Part shown: positions 50,338 through 59,172 of the stretch, in pieces
Numbering within the stretch: the first letter of the stretch is position 1
Layout of the letters: each line of letters starts with the position of its first letter
Assembly (NCBI GenBank): GCA_048941015.1
Contig: JBHLNZ010000003.1
Coordinates: 1 to 64,000 of the forward strand
From: Promethearchaeota archaeon
GTDB lineage: Archaea; Asgardarchaeota; Lokiarchaeia; Sigyniarchaeales; SOKP01
DNA: 64,000 nucleotides
Direction: 5' to 3'
Notes under the pieces: model-generated
Told to the model about the DNA's origin: nothing
Seen by the model: only the letters and a program-made list of their open reading frames with translations
Database searches by the model: none
Translations under genes and position numbers: made by a program

Positions 50338-50377
50338 CTTTTAAAATTGTTTTTTTTTAAATTAAATGTGTATCATT

Positions 50378-50480
50378 CTTATATTGGAGTTCAATATAAT
50401 CAATGCCCATTTGGCACTCAGAAAGATATCTCTTTTTTAAATTAAAAGTAAAAAAGGGAAAAATAGATAATCTAAATATG
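50378..50480 (-). terminator. Candidate attenuator region (hairpins plus U-tracts) between leader and trpB2
   Basis: TTTAAAT/ATTTAGA stem then TATTTTTCCCTTTTTTACTTTT; CTTTTTTA/TAAAAAAG, TGCC/GGCA and TTATATTG/CAATATAA stems. Confidence 0.5.
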
Positions 50481-50482
50481 AT

Positions 50483-50557
50483 TTAAACCAATGAAAAGAG
50501 CGTTCTTTTACGCCATTGCCACTGCCAACGCCAAAAAGACTTAATTTCAGTAGCCAT
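50483..50557 (-). CDS. Trp-rich leader peptide MATEIKSFWRWQWQWRKRTLFSLV
   Basis: 24-codon ORF with 4 TGG codons within 7 codons, ending 145 nt upstream of trpB2; TATA-like TTTATAAG at 50613-50606. Confidence 0.8.
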   Translation of the reverse strand: MATEIKSFWRWQWQWRKRTLFSLV

Positions 50558-50641
50558 GATAAAAAATCATATTTTTATTTAATAAAATTACAACATGCTC
50601 GTTAACTTATAAATTTATTCTTCAAAATAGTCAAAAATAAT

Positions 50642-51046
50642 TTATCTTCCTTCAAATATTTTACCTAAATTTTTTGATGCAACGCGCATTACTTTAACAG
50701 TTTTCATTAAAGTATCTATTATCGTTCCGGCACAAACTATAACTAACCGACCGGCATTACTAATTACTATATATCCATTTTCAGCTCTTACTATAATTTC
50801 GCTTAATTCCTCTTGAAATAAACTCTGAATTGTCGAACTTCCAGTCATCAATAAAGCACTAGCAAGTCCACAGAATTGATCCCCATCGACATGATATTGG
50901 GGCAGTGCGGAAAATGCTATTTGATATCCTTCTTGAGAGACTAAAGCAATAGCTTCGATATCTGCGTTTGAAGTAATAAAAGTAATCTGAGGGCTAATTT
51001 TTTCAATATCTTCATTGGTAATTCCTAAATCCGACCCAAACTGCAT
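50642..51046 (-). CDS. Roadblock/LC7 domain protein
   Basis: IEAIALVSQEGYQI...LASALL...IIVRAENGYIVI. Confidence 0.88.
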   Translation of the reverse strand: MQFGSDLGITNEDIEKISPQITFITSNADIEAIALVSQEGYQIAFSALPQYHVDGDQFCGLASALLMTGSSTIQSLFQEELSEIIVRAENGYIVISNAGRLVIVCAGTIIDTLMKTVKVMRVASKNLGKIFEGR

Positions 51047-51412
51047 TTTATTTTAAACCATTTTGATTAATTAAAATTTAAAAATTTAACTTTATTATAG
51101 AATTAATTAAAATGCATTTATTTATTTATTTTCAAAAAAAAAAATTTATCTAATTAATCAAATTACCTAAATTCTCATAAGAATACCCAAATATTTAGTA
51201 CTATTGATTAAAATTTACTTCTAATCTTTTTCTAACTTGTAAATCATTCAAATAAAACTCTAGAATAAAATTATTTTCCTTTCATTGAAAGATAATGCTT
51301 TTTCGTTTCAAAACAACCAAAAAAACAGATCCAAAAAATTATTTTCAGATTGCTAAAAATTAAAATTAATTAATTTTATTTTTTATAAAATCAAATTAAA
51401 AAAAATAAAAAA

Positions 51413-53719
51413 ATGATAACTACTCGAGAATCAATTAATTATCAATTTTCCCTAATTTTTGGTTATTCATCTCCTAAAGAAATAACAGTTGGCGATGTTA
51501 TTGGCCCAGGAAAATTGACTAGAGAGAAGCTAAACGAGCTCTCTAAAGCTGTTATTAAGTTTCTAAGGATGTATAACGCAATATTGCGAGATTATGCTGG
51601 ATCTGAAGTTTTTAGTATTGAATATGAATTATATAATTATGATGAAAATGATGCTAAGATAAAAATATATCCCAAATCTATGATTTTAATACCGGGGAGA
51701 TATAAAGATTGTGAATGCCTGTTACTCGCCTTGAAACCTGACACTGGTTATTTAGATCCACATAAATCAAGAAAAGCTGTTAATGATGTTAGTAAATTAT
51801 TTTACGAAATAGAAGAATTTACAGATCATCCTGAATTAGGACTTGATGGGAAAAAACAAGTTTTAAATAAATTCTCAAATCGCTTTAGTAAAAAATTATA
51901 TGGGGATTTGATTGAAGATAAATGGAATAAAAAGTTAATAGGAGTTAGTATTTCGCTCCCCACAGAAAAGGAAATGTTAAATTCATATGGTTCAATAAAA
52001 TCGGATGTAAAATTTTTATGGAGTAAAAGACCAATTGAAATTATTTTTACCAATTCAATATACGATAAAAATCGAACTCCTTTTGAAGCCCAAGCTTCAA
52101 TTGAGCATCTTAAATATATAATATCAGAACCAAGCGCTAAATTCATAGTTAATAAATCCTTGAAATTGGGTACTGATCTCATCAAACTAGCAAACACAGG
52201 GACTATTGATGAATCTCAAGAAAAGATTATTCGATTTATTATTGAAAAAATTAAAGAAAAAGTAAAAAACATTAATGAGTATCATTCTGCTTTATGGTTG
52301 ATTAGTTATATTGAAGAAATCATTCAAGATCTAGAAAATCATTTTGATTTATTTATTAGATATTCAAGTGAATTTACTTCTTCGGGAGAAAATGGCAATC
52401 TCGGAATTTTATTACAAAAATATAAAAAATATCTTTATAGCTCTACTGTTAATAATCCTCAAATTTTTTATGAAATTTTTGATATAGCAGAGTTTTCAAT
52501 TTCTCAATCAATAGTTGAAAATAAAAATTTAAGGGCGATAGAATTAACTTCTGCGATTAAATATTTTTCAGAATTAACTAAAGGTTGCATTAATTCAATT
52601 AGAAGCGCGTTTCCAAGGTTTCTCTCTCTTCGTCGAATGAAAACATTAACTTTTGGTTTCTTTCAGAATTTAATAGAAAAACTTGAAATGGAACAGAAAC
52701 CTTCTAAAATTTTAGGAACAACAATATTAAATAAATTTAAAGAACTTTTATTAGATCAAATTGAGGTAAACCCTTTAATTTTATCAAAAAAAATTGAATT
52801 CAATGAGGATAAATTAATTAAAGAATTTAAAAAAATCATAATAAGTAATTTAGAATCTTTTTTTAATAATTTTCAATTAAATATCGGTGATTTAATTGGA
52901 TTCATAGAAGTTCAAATGGAAAGAGATTCAAATACTATAAAAAGTTATTTGGAGAATTTTAAGAAATTTTCAATAGAACTTGATTTCCTTTTAAGCTATA
53001 TTTTAAGATATAGTACTATAAACCGATTTTTAAAAGATGAAAAAATTATTGAAATTGCAGATCCCGTTACTTTTGTAAATCGATTTCATCGTTTCTTAGA
53101 AAAGAGAATAGGAGGTATTAATTTGGTCTGGAAATCATATATTTTTGAATGGATTAAAGATTATGCAAAAAGATTTTTTAATATTAAAGAAAAAAGAGAT
53201 TGGGTATTAAATGAAACTTATTCTGATTTTTTAAATTATATTGAAGAAAGGGAGATAATCGAACAGAAACCTGAGAATTTTTTAAAATTTCTGGATAGTT
53301 TTATTAGAAAAGTTACCGATGAATATGAGAGAGAAGCTCTATTAGAATTCTTTGGAAAATTTGAACAATCTATTGGCATTAAAACAGAATTTCCGAAATA
53401 TATTCGAAATTTAGTCCAAAAGGATATAAATTTATTAAGTTTAAATGAAGAACTGCTTAAACCAATCGATTTTTTCACTGTTGATCAAGTAGAAACCTTT
53501 TATGAATACGTTATAGAGACAGATATAAAGTATTTCTCAAAATTAATTCCTAGACCGTTATCAATTATTCTTAAACATGAATTAACCAGCGAAGAGAAAG
53601 AATCGTTTAAAGGAGATTTATTTCATATTTTCAATTTTAAATATTGGCATAAAAAATCTAAATATGATGTATTAGATAATTTTAAAGAGGTTTATAGGGA
53701 ATGGTTAAAAGAAATCTAA
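51413..53719 (+). CDS. Large helical hypothetical protein (768 aa)
   Basis: Long ORF, no recognised catalytic motif. Confidence 0.7.
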   Translation: MITTRESINYQFSLIFGYSSPKEITVGDVIGPGKLTREKLNELSKAVIKFLRMYNAILRDYAGSEVFSIEYELYNYDENDAKIKIYPKSMILIPGRYKDCECLLLALKPDTGYLDPHKSRKAVNDVSKLFYEIEEFTDHPELGLDGKKQVLNKFSNRFSKKLYGDLIEDKWNKKLIGVSISLPTEKEMLNSYGSIKSDVKFLWSKRPIEIIFTNSIYDKNRTPFEAQASIEHLKYIISEPSAKFIVNKSLKLGTDLIKLANTGTIDESQEKIIRFIIEKIKEKVKNINEYHSALWLISYIEEIIQDLENHFDLFIRYSSEFTSSGENGNLGILLQKYKKYLYSSTVNNPQIFYEIFDIAEFSISQSIVENKNLRAIELTSAIKYFSELTKGCINSIRSAFPRFLSLRRMKTLTFGFFQNLIEKLEMEQKPSKILGTTILNKFKELLLDQIEVNPLILSKKIEFNEDKLIKEFKKIIISNLESFFNNFQLNIGDLIGFIEVQMERDSNTIKSYLENFKKFSIELDFLLSYILRYSTINRFLKDEKIIEIADPVTFVNRFHRFLEKRIGGINLVWKSYIFEWIKDYAKRFFNIKEKRDWVLNETYSDFLNYIEEREIIEQKPENFLKFLDSFIRKVTDEYEREALLEFFGKFEQSIGIKTEFPKYIRNLVQKDINLLSLNEELLKPIDFFTVDQVETFYEYVIETDIKYFSKLIPRPLSIILKHELTSEEKESFKGDLFHIFNFKYWHKKSKYDVLDNFKEVYREWLKEI

Positions 53720-56112
53720 TAAGCGGTATAAAAAGGAAAACTACTGCTATAGAAAGTGCTTATAGATATTTTCAGACAGTTGATCAAATAATCAATCATT
53801 TTAAGAGAGATGCTGATAAACAAAAAATCTTCCAACTAATTCAAGATAAATTTACTCTTAAGAATTTATTGAAAGCTACAGCTGCAATTCATTTATATCA
53901 CAACATGGGAATAAGAATACAAGAAGTGGTTCAATCAGAACAGTTTACATATGATTCCACAACTAAATTAGAAAAAAGTCAAAAACAAGTATTGTTTGAG
54001 GAAATTACATCTCTACTAAAGGATTCTTTCTCGTTAGAGATTGATTTACTTTATAAGATAATTGAATTAGAAAACCTTTTTATTAATTTATTAATTGAAG
54101 AGAGAGAATTAGATTTTCAAGAGATCATAAAAACAAAAAGGATTAAAGCTATCGAGGATAAGATTGAAAACCAATTATTAGAGATTGTTTCAAGTTATCC
54201 TCAATTCTATTTTTATGACTTCATTGGTGATTTAATAGGGTTAATTAACGAAATCAAAGGAGAAATTTTAGAACAGAGCTCTGCTTTTAGAGATTTATCA
54301 GTAGCCGTTGAAAAAAAGTTAGAAAGTGAAGAAAAAGAAGATAAATTCATTGAAGTCTCTACATTAAATAGGTTAATTCTAAAATTAAAAGAAAATTTTG
54401 AATTTAAATCTCATAAAGAACTACAAGTACAAACTATGCCAGTAAGAATGATAAAAAGAAAAATTATTAATTATGAGTTTAACAAATTTCCGATTTCTGT
54501 TCCAGGCTTGAAAGCATTTTTAAAAGGAAATTTACTGAAAAAAAATTTAATTGAAAAAATAGAATCAATTTTAAAAGATGAAATAAGAATTGATTATGAC
54601 CAATTTGAAGAAAAAATAGTTAGTTATTTGAAAAAGGAAATAATAACACAATTAAAAACGAATCCCAACGATTTTATTTACTTTTTACAAAGCTTGAATG
54701 AATCTAAATTTGAAGATATAATTTTTTCAATTAATAAAAGAGGCATTTATGATCTTTTACATTTAATTAATATGGATAACGAAATTGTAAAAAAAATAAA
54801 AACCAATATGATTCGATATAACATCAAAAAGCAAGATCTGCTCATATTAAATGATGATTCAAAAAATCCAATAAGTTTAGTAAAAAAAGTAATATCTACT
54901 AAAAAAATTTCTTCCCTAAATACCGCATTAAAGAGTTTTGATAATATAGAGCTATTAAAACAAATATATAAAAATGATTCTGATCTTGAAAGCTTATGGA
55001 GCGTATTAGAATCTGAAATAGGTTATTCGATTAATGAATTAAGAGAATTTATAAGAAAGCAACAAATAATAAATAAGATTTTTTTCCAAGAAATGCAATT
55101 AAGTAATTACTCACAACTCATTTTATTACTGAATTTTGAAGAAATCTTAAATAATATCGTTAAGGACACTTTTTTCTATGTTTTATCGAAAATATTTAGA
55201 CAACTAAGCAGAATAATTGAATTATATGGGAAACTAACGAATGATAAAACTCTAATTCTGCTAGCTATTAGAAATATTGATGAAACTTCAGGTTTTGAAG
55301 ACTGGGTCAAAATAAAACTTGAAGAATTAATTATTCAAAGATTAATTAAACGACAGAGAGAATTGATCATTGTTTTTAATGCAGCGAATCAAGTTTTTCT
55401 CGTAAATGGTTTTATTTTATCTCGTTTAACAGATATACCATTAAAAGTAAGTATTAATAAATTAAGAAATGAAAATAGTCATATTTATGAAGGAATTTCT
55501 ACATTAAAGCTTCGAGCTGATTTGATTTCTCCTACTTCCTATTGTTTAGCTTATGATTTATTAAAACGTTTTGAAATATTTGAAAAGGAACGTAAATCCA
55601 AGGTAAAGAAATTTATAGAATCTGAACAGAAAGAAAAAGAAATAAAGCAAAAAACTTTAAGGGAGAAACAAGAAAAGAGTACATTTAATTGGATTGAACG
55701 CAGGATAACTTCGTCATTAATGGGAATTAATCGCCCTGGAATTAATCCTAACCAGTTCTATTGGCAGGAAAAAGATACAAAGATAGTTGTAGATAATATT
55801 AAATTACATAGTGAATTGGGTGACAATCCTTTTGAAGGATTCTATGAATTCTTTCAATTTGCAGTCCAAAAAATAAGAGATTTAGAATCTGAGGTTAATT
55901 TACCTGATCCTGCTAAAATTAGGAACAACTTAGAATTAATTATTTCTGATATTATGATTAAGAGACTAAACTATCCACCAAAAAAGGAAGATATGCAGAA
56001 TCTGTTGGATGGCGAAAGATATGAAATATCTAAACGTATAGCGATAAAATTAGGAGAATTTTTGGATAAGGCACTTTACTTAAAATTTAAAAAGAAAAGT
56101 AGAGGTAAATAA
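53701..56112 (+). CDS. Large helical/coiled-coil hypothetical protein (803 aa)
   Basis: Overlaps previous gene by 19 nt; charged coiled-coil segments. Confidence 0.7.
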   Translation: MVKRNLISGIKRKTTAIESAYRYFQTVDQIINHFKRDADKQKIFQLIQDKFTLKNLLKATAAIHLYHNMGIRIQEVVQSEQFTYDSTTKLEKSQKQVLFEEITSLLKDSFSLEIDLLYKIIELENLFINLLIEERELDFQEIIKTKRIKAIEDKIENQLLEIVSSYPQFYFYDFIGDLIGLINEIKGEILEQSSAFRDLSVAVEKKLESEEKEDKFIEVSTLNRLILKLKENFEFKSHKELQVQTMPVRMIKRKIINYEFNKFPISVPGLKAFLKGNLLKKNLIEKIESILKDEIRIDYDQFEEKIVSYLKKEIITQLKTNPNDFIYFLQSLNESKFEDIIFSINKRGIYDLLHLINMDNEIVKKIKTNMIRYNIKKQDLLILNDDSKNPISLVKKVISTKKISSLNTALKSFDNIELLKQIYKNDSDLESLWSVLESEIGYSINELREFIRKQQIINKIFFQEMQLSNYSQLILLLNFEEILNNIVKDTFFYVLSKIFRQLSRIIELYGKLTNDKTLILLAIRNIDETSGFEDWVKIKLEELIIQRLIKRQRELIIVFNAANQVFLVNGFILSRLTDIPLKVSINKLRNENSHIYEGISTLKLRADLISPTSYCLAYDLLKRFEIFEKERKSKVKKFIESEQKEKEIKQKTLREKQEKSTFNWIERRITSSLMGINRPGINPNQFYWQEKDTKIVVDNIKLHSELGDNPFEGFYEFFQFAVQKIRDLESEVNLPDPAKIRNNLELIISDIMIKRLNYPPKKEDMQNLLDGERYEISKRIAIKLGEFLDKALYLKFKKKSRGK

Positions 56113-56191
56113 TTCCTAAATTTAATCATTTTAAATTACAAAAATATTAAAATAATTTTAATTTACATTATTTACAAATAAAGGATAACAT

Positions 56192-56461
56192 TTGAAGAAT
56201 TTCATGTCGTGGATTAAAAAAGAATTAAGATATTTGAAAGATTCATTCTCACTGTTAATTAAAGGTTTCGTGTTATTTATTTTAGCTTTTTCAGGTTTAG
56301 GGCTCTCTTTATTTCTTAGATACCTACAATATAATGGTACTATTATTGCATTTTTAGGAATAATTACAGAAGCTATTGCATTAATACTCTGCTATTTTAT
56401 TTTTCGAAAATATATATCCTCAAAAGAGGAATCAAAATCTCCACATATGGAAAAAAAATAA
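56192..56461 (+). CDS. Small membrane protein (2 TM)
   Basis: Two hydrophobic helices, AAGGA SD. Confidence 0.55.
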   Translation: MKNFMSWIKKELRYLKDSFSLLIKGFVLFILAFSGLGLSLFLRYLQYNGTIIAFLGIITEAIALILCYFIFRKYISSKEESKSPHMEKK

Positions 56462-56463
56462 AA

Positions 56464-57219
56464 TTACACTAAATTATTAAAAAAATCCTCCCAGTGTCTT
56501 TCTTTTACATTCAAGGAGATTAAATAATCTTTTACTTCATTTAATAGAATTTCTGGTTTAAATTCCCATGCTTCTTTTTTATTAAAAGAAACGCATATGA
56601 GTTTATCTAAATTAAATATTGACTTTAATAATAGTCCATATCCAGCAACTTGTGGAATAGAAAGTAAAAATTTTCCTTCTGGTTTATAATCAATAACTTT
56701 AATTGTATTTTTTTCAACTTGTATTAAATCTATATGACCAGTTATAAAATTATGTTTATTATATCTTTTCCAGATAGGAATTTCGATTGCAATCGAATCC
56801 TTATCTTTAATTAAGATATTTTTTAAAATTGGTTCATGACCTGGATCCTTTCTAATTTTATTCTCTTTAAAATTTTCATAAACTTCTTGAGTGAATCTTG
56901 GGAGTTTTGATTGCGAACTTTTATATGTTATCACACCTTCTCGTATCAAATTTTTACTAAAACTTGAGATAAATGCAGATTTAAGCCCCCTTATTTTAAA
57001 TTGAGAAATTCGAGGGAATTCATGTGAATTAAATACATTATTGGGGATGGTTCCCTTGTAAATTCTCTTTAAGTAAGTTCCTAATCTAATAACATTCTCT
57101 CTATTAACATTCAATTGAGATATTTTTGCTTTATGGTTAACTATGTTCCAATTAAATGCATAAGAAATATTTTGATGTATAAAGACCTTCTTCTTTAACA
57201 AATTCCTATCACTCTTCAA
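56464..57219 (-). CDS. PD-(D/E)XK nuclease (RecB/Cas4-like core)
   Basis: IEIPIW...ITGHIDLI...VIDYKP...QVAGY. Confidence 0.8.
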   Translation of the reverse strand: MKSDRNLLKKKVFIHQNISYAFNWNIVNHKAKISQLNVNRENVIRLGTYLKRIYKGTIPNNVFNSHEFPRISQFKIRGLKSAFISSFSKNLIREGVITYKSSQSKLPRFTQEVYENFKENKIRKDPGHEPILKNILIKDKDSIAIEIPIWKRYNKHNFITGHIDLIQVEKNTIKVIDYKPEGKFLLSIPQVAGYGLLLKSIFNLDKLICVSFNKKEAWEFKPEILLNEVKDYLISLNVKERHWEDFFNNLV

Positions 57220-57353
57220 GAGATTAACATATTAATTCAAATCTTCTCAATTAATAGTGCTTACAAAGGAAAAAAATGAATAATATCTAAAAAGAGTTCA
57301 TATTAATGATTTATTAAGTAATTTATCCAAAAAACATAGATATAAAATATATG

Positions 57354-57488
57354 CGGACCCGGCAGGATTTTCGATCGAATTTTAATTCAATTCAAATTTT
57401 CGAACCTGCGACTTTTGGATTAGAAGTCCAACGCCCTATATGCTTAGATTCTATAAAAATAGAATCTTCCAGGCTAGGCTACGGGTCC
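57354..57488 (-). tRNA. tRNA-Arg(TCT) with two introns: D-loop (57468-57440) and T-loop (57398-57368)
   Basis: Acceptor GGACCCG/CGGGTCC, TTGGA-CT TCT AA-TCCAA; BHB motifs GCCT/AAGC (bulges GGA, ATA) and TTCG/CGAA (bulges AAA, AAT) restore GGATAGGGC and GGTTCGAATCC. Confidence 0.9.
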
Positions 57489-57584
57489 AAATATCGCTGA
57501 TTATTTTTCCATCAAATCAAACTTGTTTAACTTGTATTAAATTTTAAAAAATTAAAATTTTATCTTTATTCTTCTGATATTAAA

Positions 57585-58760
57585 CTAAGTAAAATTATTC
57601 CCATTCTTTTTAATTAATATATCAACAACAACTAAATCAGATTTAGGTGAAAAAGCTTTAACAATTCTGGATTCTAAAATATTAATGATAGACCTGTTTA
57701 AATTCTTCAATGTTTCTCTTATATTGGATATAGCATTTTTTATTGAGTCAGGTTTTTCGCAAAACTGATAAACATGAAGAATACCAGATTGTGGTTTTAA
57801 TAAGAAACACGCTATCTCAAGATAATCAATAGAATTTTCTGGTAAGTTCATTATGATACGATCTGCTTTATTCCTTAAATCTTTACCCATGATATTTGAA
57901 GGGCTAAGTAATTCTTTTACATTAAGATTATAGGCATAAACTGTTCCCTTCAATTTATTAATATTAATATTTTCTTTAAGGTAATTATAAGCAAAGGGAT
58001 TAAAATCAAATGAATATATTAAAACATCGTGTTTTTTAGCAATTTGAATTGAAAACGGACCAACCCCGGCGAATAAATCTATAATTACTTCCTTTTTTTT
58101 AATCTCAAGTGAGCTTATCCGTTTGTGTTCATAAATTAATCGTGGTGTAAAATAGGTCTTTTTCACATCTAGCTTAAATAAACAATTGTTTTCCTTATAT
58201 ATGGTTTCCGAAGAATCATTTCCATATAGAAGTTTTAAATCTCTTAATCTAAAATCACCTTTTATTTCAGATTTTTTTTCATAAACGGTTTTAATATTCT
58301 TATTAACACTAATTATCGCGCTTGCAATTTCTCTTTTTACTTTTTCCGCTTCATCAAGATTTTTTTGATTAATTTGATCAAATTCAACTATTGCGATTTC
58401 ACCGATAATATCATAAGATTTTGGAGTTAAATTAATAAAACTTTCCGATAAATTATTTTTTATAACTTCTTCTATAGTCCTAAACTTATAATTCGGCTTT
58501 TCAAATCCTCTTTTTTTTATTATCTCAATATTAAATTGTTCTCTAAACATTTTAAAAAGTTCATTATCACTAAATTTCAAATTTTCAGAAATAGGAAAAA
58601 AGACAAAATCGTTTTCATGTAATACCTTCTTTTTCTTATCAATAATACTTACTTTATTTGAAATAGACCTTAATAACTTTAGTAGATCATTTGCATTTCT
58701 ACGCTCTATTTTAATGTAATTAGATTTTTTAATATGTAATTTTTTCATTTGATCCATCAA
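57585..58760 (-). CDS. trm5: tRNA (guanine-N1)-methyltransferase Trm5
   Basis: SYDIIGEIA, KTYFTPRL, DLFAGVGPF, DRIIMNLP. Confidence 0.9.
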   Translation of the reverse strand: MMDQMKKLHIKKSNYIKIERRNANDLLKLLRSISNKVSIIDKKKKVLHENDFVFFPISENLKFSDNELFKMFREQFNIEIIKKRGFEKPNYKFRTIEEVIKNNLSESFINLTPKSYDIIGEIAIVEFDQINQKNLDEAEKVKREIASAIISVNKNIKTVYEKKSEIKGDFRLRDLKLLYGNDSSETIYKENNCLFKLDVKKTYFTPRLIYEHKRISSLEIKKKEVIIDLFAGVGPFSIQIAKKHDVLIYSFDFNPFAYNYLKENININKLKGTVYAYNLNVKELLSPSNIMGKDLRNKADRIIMNLPENSIDYLEIACFLLKPQSGILHVYQFCEKPDSIKNAISNIRETLKNLNRSIINILESRIVKAFSPKSDLVVVDILIKKNGNNFT

Positions 58761-59172
58761 CGCTAAAAATTATTGAAAATTTCTTTTCTTGATTTCTTAA
58801 CTTACTTACTAAGTCACGATTTAGTTCTGATGAGGATTTTGAACAATTAATTAAGACAGTTCTATCACAGATAAAGTTACTTTTTCTAAAAACAATTGAA
58901 TCTTTATTTAATAATCTAAGATCTGGATGCCCGTATCCAAAAAAAGAATCTTTTATATGTTCAAGCTCAATAGTAATATCGATTTTTTGACCATTATGTA
59001 ACCTTTTTTTCAAATCTTCATTAAGATCAAAACATCCTTTAGAGGCATTAATACCTAATATACATGTACCTTTTCTTGTCAAATAATTTTCTTTAGTAAT
59101 CTCTATAGTGCTACTATGAGAACATCTAACATTTTCATGACCAAATGCGTAAATTTTTTCTAAAATAGTCAT
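58729..59172 (-). CDS. DUF371 family protein
   Basis: GHENV...TIEITKENYLTRKGTCILG...VFRKSNFICDRT. Confidence 0.85.
   Translation of the reverse strand: MTILEKIYAFGHENVRCSHSSTIEITKENYLTRKGTCILGINASKGCFDLNEDLKKRLHNGQKIDITIELEHIKDSFFGYGHPDLRLLNKDSIVFRKSNFICDRTVLINCSKSSSELNRDLVSKLRNQEKKFSIIFSVDGSNEKITY

Noticed and set aside
56464-57219. CRISPR-Cas locus around the Cas4-like nuclease
   Set aside because: No repeat-spacer array or other cas genes anywhere in the window.
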